Part shown: in pieces, positions 19,454-28,856 of the stretch | Layout: each line of letters begins with the position of its first letter | Position numbering within the stretch: position 1 is the first letter of the stretch | Source: Candidatus Saccharimonadia bacterium | Lineage (GTDB): Bacteria > Patescibacteriota > Saccharimonadia > Saccharimonadales > JALRHH01 | NCBI GenBank assembly: GCA_023253175.1 | Contig: JALRHH010000002.1 | Location: 192,199 to 256,198, forward strand | Length of the DNA stretch: 64,000 nt | Direction: 5' to 3' | Notes under the pieces: model-generated | What the model was told of the DNA's origin: nothing | Databases searched by the model: none | The model's input: only the letters and a program-made list of their open reading frames with translations | Position numbers and translations under genes: made by a program

Positions 19454-20500
19454 TTAACCGCGGCCTGCTTCAAAGCCAAGGTCATATTCGACCATAAGCT
19501 TTACGAGTCCTGGGAAGTCGACTTCACGCTTCCAACCTAAGACTGTTTCAGCCTTTGTTGGATCTCCGAGAAGGATATCAACCTCCGCAGGTCGGAAGAA
19601 TTCAGGATTAATTTTCACGAGTGTTTTGCCAGTTGCCTTGTCAATACCTAGCTCATCAACATCCTTGCCTTGCCATGTGATCTCAATACCGGTTTCCTTG
19701 AAGGCCAGTTCAACAAACTCACGAATCGTGTGAGTTTCTCCGGTTGCAAGCACAAAATCGCCGGGCTCGTCCTGCTGAAGCATGCGCCACATACCCTCTA
19801 CATAATCACCGGCATAACCCCAGTCACGCTTTGAGTCGAGGTTACCAAGTTCAAGAACGTCCTGCTTGCCGAGCTTAATGCGAGCAACAGCCTTACTGAT
19901 CTTGCGGGTCACAAACTCTGGACCACGGCGTTCACCTTCGTGGTTGAAAAGAATACCGCTGGTTGCAAACATACCGTAACTTTCACGGTAATTCTTGGTA
20001 ATCCAGTGACCGTAAAGCTTAGCAACACCATAAGGACTACGTGGGTGGAAGCGTGCTTCCTCTGTGTAACCTTCTTCAGGTCGGTTGTAGTCTAGTCCAC
20101 CAAACATTTCTGATGTCGAAGCCTGGTAGAAACGAGTCGTCTTTTCAAGACCCGCCAAACGAATAGCCTCAAGCATGTTAAGTACACCCTTACCAGTAAT
20201 ATCAGCGGTCAGAACTGGGTCACGGAATGAATATCCAACGTGGCTGATTGCCGCAAGGTTATATACTTCATCCGGCTTGATTTCCTGCATTGCACGGGCA
20301 AGCGCAGACAGGTCGAGAAGATCTGCCATTACGATCTTTACGTATGGCATCTCTTGCTTAAGCTGAGAGTAGCGTGGGTGACTAGCCTCGAGTTGTCCAC
20401 GGAGCATTCCGTATACAACGTAGCCTTTTTCATGTAGTAGCTTTGCAAGGTGCCCACCATCTTGACCTGCAACACCCGTAATAAATGCGGTTTTTGCCAT
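19454..20500 (-). CDS. gmd: GDP-mannose 4,6-dehydratase
   Basis: 348 aa. MAKTAFITGVAGQDGGHLAKLLHEKGYVVYGM...SPYGVAKLY...ILFNHEGERRG is a diagnostic Gmd pattern. Confidence 0.9.
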   Translation of the reverse strand: MAKTAFITGVAGQDGGHLAKLLHEKGYVVYGMLRGQLEASHPRYSQLKQEMPYVKIVMADLLDLSALARAMQEIKPDEVYNLAAISHVGYSFRDPVLTADITGKGVLNMLEAIRLAGLEKTTRFYQASTSEMFGGLDYNRPEEGYTEEARFHPRSPYGVAKLYGHWITKNYRESYGMFATSGILFNHEGERRGPEFVTRKISKAVARIKLGKQDVLELGNLDSKRDWGYAGDYVEGMWRMLQQDEPGDFVLATGETHTIREFVELAFKETGIEITWQGKDVDELGIDKATGKTLVKINPEFFRPAEVDILLGDPTKAETVLGWKREVDFPGLVKLMVEYDLGFEAGRG

Positions 20501-20572
20501 GTATATTATTTCTTCCTCTTAGAGATTTATAATTGGTACCTAAATTGTACCATCTTTTAGGATTTTAACTAC

Positions 20573-20824
20573 CTAGCCAATCTGTTCGGTTAGCGCAGTC
20601 TGACCGACTAATTTCGATGCTGTAAAAGGTGATGAGTGTAGCTCTTCGCGGCTACTAAGCCCTCTCGCGGCAACCAACGCGTCCATATGTGCCTGAATTT
20701 CAACACTCATTGCCTCTACGGCAGCTGGACCCGACTCCATACCTGTTCTAGCTAGAAATTCATTATAAGAACCTGGGTTAGTTGGAAGATCTGCTCCAAT
20801 ATTTTCAAACTTAGCCATAGTCAT
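20573..20824 (-). CDS. Small hypothetical protein (83 aa)
   Basis: I shortened the 144-aa ORF to the ATG at 20824, which has GGAG 4-8 nt upstream (aatcGGAGtATG). The longer form overlaps the neighbouring gene. Confidence 0.4.
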   Translation of the reverse strand: MTMAKFENIGADLPTNPGSYNEFLARTGMESGPAAVEAMSVEIQAHMDALVAARGLSSREELHSSPFTASKLVGQTALTEQIG

Positions 20825-20892
20825 ACTCCGATTAGATGCTTTGTACGAACTACTATAGTTAGCTTTTGCTATTTTGTCTGATGTGAAAATAA

Positions 20893-22248
20893 CTAAGCAG
20901 TTATTTTGGTAAGTTTCTTGAGCTGCGGGGGTAGAGGCGTTGGTTTTCGGATAAACATTAATGACGCGAGGCCCCACCAGGTGTACGCAACCGCTTCGTT
21001 TGACCAAATGTGAACCAAAACATTCGTAAGGGCAAGACCGGTAAACGCAGCCAACAGTGCGACCGACAACATGTAAGCGCGGCGCCGATAGAGCCCATAG
21101 GCGACTAGTAATAGCAACGCCAAGAATAGGAAGATGCCTAACAGTCCAACCTCGTTAGCAATTTGCAGATAGTAGTTTTCGTTTAGGACTGTGCCTTGTT
21201 TGTCATTACGGATTGAAGCGAGGCCAGCCGTGCCCGGACCAGTACCTGCTGGTTCCAGAACTATTGCAAGTACTGACTCCTGCCAGAAACGAATACGCAG
21301 CTGATTAGGATCCTCCAGTACCGTACTCTGATCAGCATGGAAGATAACATTCTGTACATAGTAGGTATTGCGTACTGAATAGAAAATACCAGCGGCTGCA
21401 ACCAATAACACAACCACCCCAGCAGCAACTTTTTTGCGGTGTTCTAACAGCCATCTTCTGACAGGATTATCACTCAGCAAAATAAATAGACTTATTGCCA
21501 CCACAAATCCAATCAGCGCACTCCGCGAGAACGTAAACGCTAGGCATAATCCAGTCAGGATCAGGCCACCAATCATCACCTGCTTAGTCTCTTTTCGCTT
21601 AGTTGCGAAAAAGACCGTAAGCATAACAACGGCCGTGATGATCAAATACGAACCAAGTGAGTTTGGATCACGCACCGTCGACATGACTCGCTCTAGATCA
21701 GGTTTTTCATCTATAAAGAACGCTGGTAGTACGCCGTTTTCACGGGAATATCCTATGTGCTGCAGTGCAGTATTTGGTAGCAGTGTGTACTGAATAACGC
21801 CAAATAGCGCCACCAAGATACCGGCCGCAACCACAATCTTCACCGCCTTGCCTTGTAGGCCTGCATCAGGGAATAGTCGAGTCAGCATCAACCCATACAA
21901 GAAATAGAGTAAGAACCTCGTGTTATAAACAACCCCAAGGATCTCAGCATCTTGGTCAGTAGGTTTTATCAGTGCCATAAGAACGGTCAACGCACCGTAT
22001 GCAAGAATCGCCCACACAATCTTGCTGCGCAGCAATTCTTTAAACCAAGGCTGCCTTACGCTTAGTCCAAACGTAATCACAAAACCGATGAACAGAACGA
22101 TATCCTTGGCAACTTTAGCGAATTCCAGTATTCCCCAACTAGTTCCGAGCCACGTTGACAGGAAAATATGGAAAGGCATGTAGGCAAGTAAGCCCAAGAA
22201 TATATAGAGGCTCGCTTGGCGCAGGTTGTGAGATAACTTTTCTATCAT
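20893..22248 (-). CDS. Wzy_C-domain membrane protein (O-antigen ligase / O-oligosaccharyltransferase family)
   Basis: 451 aa with approx. 11-12 TM. It has a FTFSRSALIGF motif and a large loop typical of the WaaL/PglL/Wzy_C family. Confidence 0.7.
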   Translation of the reverse strand: MIEKLSHNLRQASLYIFLGLLAYMPFHIFLSTWLGTSWGILEFAKVAKDIVLFIGFVITFGLSVRQPWFKELLRSKIVWAILAYGALTVLMALIKPTDQDAEILGVVYNTRFLLYFLYGLMLTRLFPDAGLQGKAVKIVVAAGILVALFGVIQYTLLPNTALQHIGYSRENGVLPAFFIDEKPDLERVMSTVRDPNSLGSYLIITAVVMLTVFFATKRKETKQVMIGGLILTGLCLAFTFSRSALIGFVVAISLFILLSDNPVRRWLLEHRKKVAAGVVVLLVAAAGIFYSVRNTYYVQNVIFHADQSTVLEDPNQLRIRFWQESVLAIVLEPAGTGPGTAGLASIRNDKQGTVLNENYYLQIANEVGLLGIFLFLALLLLVAYGLYRRRAYMLSVALLAAFTGLALTNVLVHIWSNEAVAYTWWGLASLMFIRKPTPLPPQLKKLTKITA

Positions 22249-22301
22249 ACTTAGGTCTATTTTAGCGCACTCTCCGTTTTCATCGGTAATTCAACTATAC
22301 T

Positions 22302-23405
22302 ATGTCTATGCATATTGTTATTGACGCCCGTAATCGCAGGTCTAGCACCGGGCGATATACCGACAGACTCGTCACCCACCTGTCAGAAATCGACCACGAC
22401 AACACCTACACCATTCTTGTGCAGCCTAACGATGACTGGAAGTTTGCTAATCTAAATTTCAAGACCGTGGCCTGCCGATTCCAGCAATTTTCATTTAACC
22501 CCATCGATCAAATCGCCTTTGCCCTGCAAATCTATAGGCTAAAGCCAGACCTCGTGCATTTCACCATGACGCAGCAGCCGCTTCTCTATTTCGGTAACAT
22601 CGTCACTACAACACATGACCTTACAATGCTCCGTCACATGCGCCCCAGCCGCTTCCCGGCCTGGATTCACAAAATTGGCATGAGCCTCTACCGCTTCCTA
22701 TTTTGGTGGTCACATAAAAAATCCAAGAAGATCATAGTTCCGACCGATTTTGTCGCAGACGATCTCGCCAACTACCAGCCATTTACAAAATCAAAGATTG
22801 TTCGTACATACGAATCAGCTGAGCCACCAGTTGAAGGACCGGCGGAACCATTAGGCAACATTACGCAGCCATTCATATTCCACGTAGGGCAGCCGCTGCC
22901 ACATAAAAACATCGACAGATTGATCCAGGCCTTTGAAAAGATCAAAACTTCACAGCATGAACTAAAACTAATTTTGCCAGGGAAGATACAAGGCGTATTC
23001 AAAGACGATCTGAACGAATGGATTGCCAAGAGCCCCATAAAAAAATCAATTATTGTTCCAGGATTCATTAGCGATAACCAACTAAAGTGGTTGTATGAAA
23101 ATGCCGAATGTTACGTGCTGCCCTCCCTATCCGAAGGATTTGGATTGCCTGGTCTCGAAGCGATGGCTCATGGATGCCCCGTAGCAAGCAGTAACGCAAC
23201 CTGTCTCCCAGAAGTCTACCAAGACGCAGCTGTATACTTTGATCCAACTGACGTTGACGATATGGCGCAAAAAATACTGTCCATCATTGATGATAAAAAG
23301 CTCGCCAAAGAGCTCACCGTCAAAGGTCAAAAAGTAATTAGTAAATACTCTTGGCGAAAGATGGCCGAAGAAACCCTGGACGTATACAAAAGCACAAAGC
23401 GCTAA
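22302..23405 (+). CDS. GT4-family glycosyltransferase
   Basis: 367 aa with the motif YVLPSLSEGFGLPGLEAMAHGCPVASSNATCLPEV. Confidence 0.8.
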   Translation: MSMHIVIDARNRRSSTGRYTDRLVTHLSEIDHDNTYTILVQPNDDWKFANLNFKTVACRFQQFSFNPIDQIAFALQIYRLKPDLVHFTMTQQPLLYFGNIVTTTHDLTMLRHMRPSRFPAWIHKIGMSLYRFLFWWSHKKSKKIIVPTDFVADDLANYQPFTKSKIVRTYESAEPPVEGPAEPLGNITQPFIFHVGQPLPHKNIDRLIQAFEKIKTSQHELKLILPGKIQGVFKDDLNEWIAKSPIKKSIIVPGFISDNQLKWLYENAECYVLPSLSEGFGLPGLEAMAHGCPVASSNATCLPEVYQDAAVYFDPTDVDDMAQKILSIIDDKKLAKELTVKGQKVISKYSWRKMAEETLDVYKSTKR

Positions 23406-23437
23406 AGCTTTTCGGGTCCACATACTATACTGTAGAC

Positions 23438-24310
23438 ATGGAACCATTCGATTCAAACCCAGCCCAGATAACTCCTAAACCCCCGCAGAAAAAGCGTGCC
23501 AATAAAGTAGCGATACTCACCCTGCTCATTGCCATCACCGCACTGCTCGTTGGCGCTGGATACGCTATCTGGAAAAATAATATTCCGGAACAAAACAAAG
23601 CAGCCACTCCTTCTTCCGCTACATCAACTGCCGTTCCGGCTACCCAGAGTGCGCCTCCTGTGCACTTTGTCCAAGCTGTCGGATATCCTTTTGACACCAA
23701 CAAGAAGGTCGTCTTCAATTTAGGCCTTCCGAGCTCACTTCAAGGCGTCGTAATTCAATCAAGTATTCAGAACCCAGGTTATACAACCTACCTTACTAAC
23801 AAGTTTAATGACGAACTGGGCCGCTTTGTTATCGGAAACCCAAAAGTTCCAAACTCTAACCGCGAAATATCGCTTATTGCACTTGGAAAAGAATGGAGCA
23901 GCTCAACAACCGAAAAGCCAGACATACTTGAATTCGAAGATGTTAGCACTCCCGCAAAGAAGCAGCAATACATCGCGAACCTCTCGCAAACCACACGTAC
24001 ATGCATCGAAGATAGCAAAAAGGGCTTCAGGACCAAAGACAAAATGCTGAGCGTTTGTTATTCATTATCAACAGGAAAAGACGGCTGGCTACCAACCGTT
24101 ACTCTGAAGGGTTACGCAACGGTCGACGGAGTACCTCTTGTACTGCTTGGATTTGTTGACCTGAGCGACGGCAAGGTACTGACAGAGGCAGAGGACTTGA
24201 AGCTACGCCAAGAGGCAGCTAAAGGAAACTATCCAGAATCAACCACTAAGGCGCTTGAAGATCTCGTGGATGCGCTATCACAAAGCACACTGACTATTTC
24301 CAATAGATAG
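23438..24310 (+). CDS. Membrane-anchored hypothetical protein
   Basis: I prefer the ATG at 23438 (MEPFDSNPAQ...), which avoids overlap with the upstream GT gene. There is a single TM VAILTLLIAITALLVGAGYAIW. No recognisable domain. Confidence 0.5.
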   Translation: MEPFDSNPAQITPKPPQKKRANKVAILTLLIAITALLVGAGYAIWKNNIPEQNKAATPSSATSTAVPATQSAPPVHFVQAVGYPFDTNKKVVFNLGLPSSLQGVVIQSSIQNPGYTTYLTNKFNDELGRFVIGNPKVPNSNREISLIALGKEWSSSTTEKPDILEFEDVSTPAKKQQYIANLSQTTRTCIEDSKKGFRTKDKMLSVCYSLSTGKDGWLPTVTLKGYATVDGVPLVLLGFVDLSDGKVLTEAEDLKLRQEAAKGNYPESTTKALEDLVDALSQSTLTISNR

Positions 24311-24324
24311 CTTTTGACATGATG

Positions 24325-24353
24325 TTGACAAAATACAAAGCTTATGCTAATAT
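24325..24353 (+). promoter_or_regulatory. Near-consensus sigma-70-type promoter (TTGACA - 17 nt - TAATAT, with TGc extension) 9 nt upstream of the ATG at 24363
   Basis: Read directly: -35 at 24325-24330, -10 at 24348-24353. A second TTGACA lies at 24314-24319. No SD precedes the ATG. Confidence 0.6.
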
Positions 24354-24362
24354 GTATTAGTC

Positions 24363-24710
24363 ATGCAAAAACAAACAGAACAATCCGAATCATCAGTTAG
24401 CGCCATTGACGCACTTAAAATTGCACGCCAGGTACGCGCCATTAAAAGGGCGGTACTCCATAACGTAGAACACGGCGTTACAGATATGCCCGCAAAGGGA
24501 CTTGCATCACCATTCACCCTGTCACTACATAAAGAAACCGTAAAACGACTTAATGAAAAGCTTGAAGGTTATGACGTACAGGTAGACGCCTACAAGCTAA
24601 ACATCCGCGGCAAAGAAGTTGATCGTATCGCCGTAGTAAAGCTTGATGATTCGTTAGTAGAACCAAGCCCCGCCTACCAAACCGCCCTCCAAACCCGCTT
24701 AATGGCCTAA
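24363..24710 (+). CDS. Hypothetical protein (115 aa), cytoplasmic-looking
   Basis: ORF behind a strong promoter. No recognisable motif. Confidence 0.45.
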   Translation: MQKQTEQSESSVSAIDALKIARQVRAIKRAVLHNVEHGVTDMPAKGLASPFTLSLHKETVKRLNEKLEGYDVQVDAYKLNIRGKEVDRIAVVKLDDSLVEPSPAYQTALQTRLMA

Positions 24711-24769
24711 TTCATCCTTTCGTTAATATTCTCATAGTTACTTAGTTCATCATGTTAGATAACTAAGTG

Positions 24770-25885
24770 ATGCAAAATAACACCACCAAACAAGCACGTC
24801 TCTGGAATATACTGGTATTAATCGTAATCGCCCTGCTAACAGCTGTCGCTGCTGTCGTTCTATTTAACGAACGGAAGCCCAACGAGCTGCCGAGCCCACC
24901 GCTCAAAGATCTGGCCGATAAACACGACATAGCCCTTGGTAATCACGCGATACACAATCACTTGGGCGACAAACAATATACTGGCATTCTGACATCCCAG
25001 TTTGATTTCGTATTGGCAGACAATACACCGAACTGGTATTTCACGAGTGGGGGTCTGCGTCCCAGCTCCACTACCTATGATTTCAAAGAAATGGATGAGG
25101 TAGTCGATTTTGCAGAGTCACATAATATGCCCGTCGAAGCCCACCATTATGTCTGGGGAGAAGAAAAATGGCTACCTGACTGGCTTAAAAACGGCAATTA
25201 TACCCCGGAACAAACAACGCAGCTTATGAAAGACCACATCAACACTGTCGGGAAGCGCTATTCAGGCAAGGTGGCGCGGTGGACGGTCGTGAACGAAGCT
25301 TTTACGCGCAATCAACACATCTACGGACTACGCGATTGGTGGGCTGACCACACCGGAGGAAACCTCAATTACATAGATGAAGCGTTTAAGACAGCACGTG
25401 CCGCAGACCCAAACAGCCAGCTGCTTCTCAATGATTTCCATAACGAAAGCATCAACGACACCTCTAATGCTATGTACGATTACATCAAGGGTGCCTTGGC
25501 GCGCGGTGTCCCGATAGACGGCATTGGCATGCAGATGCACATTGATGGATCACATCCACCAGACAAGGACGAGGTTATTGCCAATATGAATCGCTTTGCT
25601 GATCTGGGCATAGACGTATACGTAACAGAGTTTGACGTTAACATGAATGATGTCCCGGTTAACAGCACGGACAAAGACAATATTTCTGGAAAGATTTACT
25701 ACGAAATGATGCGCGCATGTATAGAAGCCAAGTCCTGCAAGCATTTTGCATACCTGGGTATTACAGATAGCGAGACCTGGTACAACTACATGGGCCTGAA
25801 GGATGCACGGCCGCTGATGTTTGATCGGCAGTATCAGCCAAAACCTGCCTACTTTAGCACCCGCAGTGCGCTCGAACAAAAGTAA
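24770..25885 (+). CDS. Glycoside hydrolase family 10 (endo-beta-1,4-xylanase-like), N-terminally membrane-anchored
   Basis: WTVVNEAF (acid/base Glu) and VYVTEFDV (nucleophile Glu) are the two GH10 signature strands. N-terminal TM LWNILVLIVIALLTAVAAVVLF. The ATG at 24770 follows the GTG at 24767. Confidence 0.8.
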   Translation: MQNNTTKQARLWNILVLIVIALLTAVAAVVLFNERKPNELPSPPLKDLADKHDIALGNHAIHNHLGDKQYTGILTSQFDFVLADNTPNWYFTSGGLRPSSTTYDFKEMDEVVDFAESHNMPVEAHHYVWGEEKWLPDWLKNGNYTPEQTTQLMKDHINTVGKRYSGKVARWTVVNEAFTRNQHIYGLRDWWADHTGGNLNYIDEAFKTARAADPNSQLLLNDFHNESINDTSNAMYDYIKGALARGVPIDGIGMQMHIDGSHPPDKDEVIANMNRFADLGIDVYVTEFDVNMNDVPVNSTDKDNISGKIYYEMMRACIEAKSCKHFAYLGITDSETWYNYMGLKDARPLMFDRQYQPKPAYFSTRSALEQK

Positions 25886-25905
25886 CTGTGGCATAATAAT
25901 CAGTA

Positions 25906-26106
25906 ATGACTCAGCGCAAAACCCGAATTAATCTATTAGACATACTGGTTGTACTAGCGATACTGAGTATCGTATCGCTAGTTTTTTTCAGAGGCGCATT
26001 TGTACTTATTGGCGGAATTACAGGAATCTTATTCCTGATATACCTAGTATTTGTCTGGGATGACATTGTCGTGTGGGTATCCACAATCGGCAGCAAGAAG
26101 CGCTAG
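25906..26106 (+). CDS. Small 2-TM membrane protein (66 aa)
   Basis: ORF with two hydrophobic helices. No homology is recognisable. Confidence 0.3.
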   Translation: MTQRKTRINLLDILVVLAILSIVSLVFFRGAFVLIGGITGILFLIYLVFVWDDIVVWVSTIGSKKR

Positions 26107-28856
26107 GCTCTTTTAGCCCTATATCTGTATATCAAGTAAGCCGTGAGGAAAGCGATGGCAAGAATTAACAGCACTATATACTGTCTGCTTGACGCCTTAC
26201 GGTTTGATTGAATCGTGAACCCAAGCACCTGAGGCTTTTGGACCGATCTTGGCGCAGGCTCTTGTGGTACCGAGCTAGCGATTTGCTCTACGTATCGTTG
26301 AACTTGTTCATTGCTTATCTGAGTTGCTACTGGGGAAGGAACAGGCTGGTTTAATGAGACCGAGGAGCTTGAAGATGCACCAACGACAGATACTGGCTTC
26401 ACATCAGTATCTGCTACTGCGTGTATGTCCGGGACGACTTCACTATCGCATCCCTGGAGCTCCTGGCAGACTATATCAGTTGAAGGCGAGGCCTCGATCA
26501 GCTTGATCGTCAAAACCTCCGATGGGCTCATTTGGTCCTCTGTCACGACACGTACTGCGATAGATGCTTCCTTAGTGCGTACTAATACAGTCCCGACCTG
26601 AGTTGATGCACGAGCGATTGGGAATCCGGAAACAGGATCAGATACTACCATATCGCCAGAGTTCACGGCATCCCAAGTAACTAACACCTCGTCATCATTT
26701 TGGCGAGCAGCCTTTAAGTTACTTGGTAAATTAGGCACTGCTCCAGCCGTATCAGTTGATACTAGTACTTTGTACCTTTGACTGGATTCACCAAGAATAC
26801 TCCCGCTGGAGTCCAGGGCCTGCACCCGCATAATACCTGATCCGGACTGGTAAAATACATGATCCAAAACTGGTGAGGTGGACGTTGCATCCCATATGCC
26901 ATCGTCATTGAAATCCCATTTGTACTGCACTGCACCAGCCAGTCCGCTGGCATCAAATACAATTGGTTTTTGCATATCTACAGTAGCTACGGGCACAGTG
27001 TGACCATCTACCCGTATCGACAAATTATTTTGTTTTTTGGTGAATATCTTGTGTAGATCATCTGCAAGATGGTTCGCGGAGAAATTACTCGTGTCACCGT
27101 GATATATGAATATACCGCCGGTGGCTTCAGCAAGCGCCTTTACCTCGTCCCTAACTGATTGTTTGCCGAGGGAATTTTGACTATCAGCCGCAAACTTGTA
27201 TGGGACAACGATTGATACTTTTACTTTGTGAAGCTGCGCGAGCTTGATTGCATCCGCATGGCTGCGGCTTACTCGGTAAGAAAGGCTTGGGCTGGTCATT
27301 GGGTTTGTGCACTCTGACTGAGTTATGGCCAGTTGGACTGTTCTACAAAACTCTGGGAACTGTACAGAAGAAAACGATTCCGGCCTAAAGTCTGCATAGC
27401 AAGTATTGTAGGTATTCGTTTCTGGGTAACCCATGCCACTTCGAAACTGCGTAGAACAAATATTGTATGAATACACGTCTTTTGGCGGACGGTCCACAAT
27501 CATAACGATATTACGCTCAACACTTGGATCAGCCCGCCAATTATTGGCAACAATTGCGCGTTCCAACGCCACCTGATACGGGTCAGCCGTGTCTCCACCG
27601 CCGACCACAAACGGAGTACCGCCATATACCTTGTAGAATGCCTGCATCATATATTTAGCATCGCCGACTGCTGTATTAGTAGTCTTGTAGAGTGGGGCAA
27701 GCGGGAAGATATTTTTATATCGAGGAGTTGGACCTATGCCTGATCCCCAGTCGTGCTCGCCAAATGTCATAACACCGTACTGCGTTCCGTTGAATTGCTG
27801 ATCAAATGCAGGGAGTGTCGGATTTAGGAAATATTTGAACGTACTAAGAGCGTCTTGATTACTATTATCATTCAATAAAAACGCGACATCCCTCTGGCGT
27901 GTTTTATCTGCGCCCGTGATACCGGCGGGCGGTATTGCATTGCTACCCCCTTGACGCCGTTCCTCGAGCGACCTGAGCTGACGAGCACCCATTGCCACTA
28001 GTTCACCTACTGCCGGCCCGATCGCCTGCGGAGCGTACTCGCCGTGCGCATCTCCTTGTGCAAAGTACTCCCTTAAGCCACCGCAAACAATATCAGCCTT
28101 AAGACACCAACTGACCGTTCGAAATGCCATGTCAGCAGGCACATACGGGAAACGAGGTTCAAGTACACCTTGGTTATCTTGCCTCGTATCACCACGCCTC
28201 CATGGAAAACTCACACTGTCGTATGCGCCAATATATTTGGGGTCGCCGAAGAACCCTGCGCCAAGAACTTTACCCCTTTCATATTCGGAAAGATTGAATA
28301 GCGTAGCGCCCATGACCTGTGCGCCTTGTGAGTATCCGCCCACGAGATAATATTGATCTGGGCAATTCTGGATTTGATCCTTTAGATAGCCCGTGGTTTC
28401 TTCGATTCCGTTTGCAACACTATTCTGATAGTCACCGGGGAACCATGAGGCATCCGCATTAACTGAGTTTATAATCCGACTAAGTGACTCCGTACCGACG
28501 GCTTCAGCCGTATATCCAACCTCGTTATATTTTCCTGGAAAATCATGGACCGAAACGGCTTTATATTTAATGTTCGGGTAGTAGTCCTTGAAGTGATTCC
28601 TGTGCCAATCGAAGAAGGCGAACGATTCTTCTTCGACTCGCTTAAAACGATCTTCTAGCGGATCGTCTACTGCCTCATGGCCAATATTTTGTCCGGAACC
28701 TCTAGCAAAAATGAGCTGCACATCAACGCAATCTTCGGAGGCCACAGGAACAAGCGCTGCGAACACCTCTCCTGTCATTAGTAATACGCAGCAAATAAAT
28801 AACAACAATTGAGTTGATATATTCTTAGCGAGTTGAGAGGGAGATGTATACTTCAC
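26103..28856 (-). CDS. Large surface protein: signal peptide, cutinase-like serine esterase, VWA-like domain, PKD/Ig-like domains, Ser/Pro linker, C-terminal TM anchor
   Basis: 917 aa. It has the GYSQGA nucleophile-elbow motif (LVGGYSQGAQVMG) of the cutinase family, a PKD-like YKWDFNDDGIWD, and a C-terminal YIVLLILAIAFLTAYLIY followed by RYRAKRA. Confidence 0.7.
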   Translation of the reverse strand: MKYTSPSQLAKNISTQLLLFICCVLLMTGEVFAALVPVASEDCVDVQLIFARGSGQNIGHEAVDDPLEDRFKRVEEESFAFFDWHRNHFKDYYPNIKYKAVSVHDFPGKYNEVGYTAEAVGTESLSRIINSVNADASWFPGDYQNSVANGIEETTGYLKDQIQNCPDQYYLVGGYSQGAQVMGATLFNLSEYERGKVLGAGFFGDPKYIGAYDSVSFPWRRGDTRQDNQGVLEPRFPYVPADMAFRTVSWCLKADIVCGGLREYFAQGDAHGEYAPQAIGPAVGELVAMGARQLRSLEERRQGGSNAIPPAGITGADKTRQRDVAFLLNDNSNQDALSTFKYFLNPTLPAFDQQFNGTQYGVMTFGEHDWGSGIGPTPRYKNIFPLAPLYKTTNTAVGDAKYMMQAFYKVYGGTPFVVGGGDTADPYQVALERAIVANNWRADPSVERNIVMIVDRPPKDVYSYNICSTQFRSGMGYPETNTYNTCYADFRPESFSSVQFPEFCRTVQLAITQSECTNPMTSPSLSYRVSRSHADAIKLAQLHKVKVSIVVPYKFAADSQNSLGKQSVRDEVKALAEATGGIFIYHGDTSNFSANHLADDLHKIFTKKQNNLSIRVDGHTVPVATVDMQKPIVFDASGLAGAVQYKWDFNDDGIWDATSTSPVLDHVFYQSGSGIMRVQALDSSGSILGESSQRYKVLVSTDTAGAVPNLPSNLKAARQNDDEVLVTWDAVNSGDMVVSDPVSGFPIARASTQVGTVLVRTKEASIAVRVVTEDQMSPSEVLTIKLIEASPSTDIVCQELQGCDSEVVPDIHAVADTDVKPVSVVGASSSSSVSLNQPVPSPVATQISNEQVQRYVEQIASSVPQEPAPRSVQKPQVLGFTIQSNRKASSRQYIVLLILAIAFLTAYLIYRYRAKRA

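Noticed and set aside
20573-21007. Full 144-aa version of the small ORF downstream of the Wzy_C gene
   Set aside because: The first 61 codons overlap the 3' end of the Wzy_C-family gene and have no start signals. An internal ATG at 20824 has a GGAG SD, so only the 83-aa form is reported, at low confidence.
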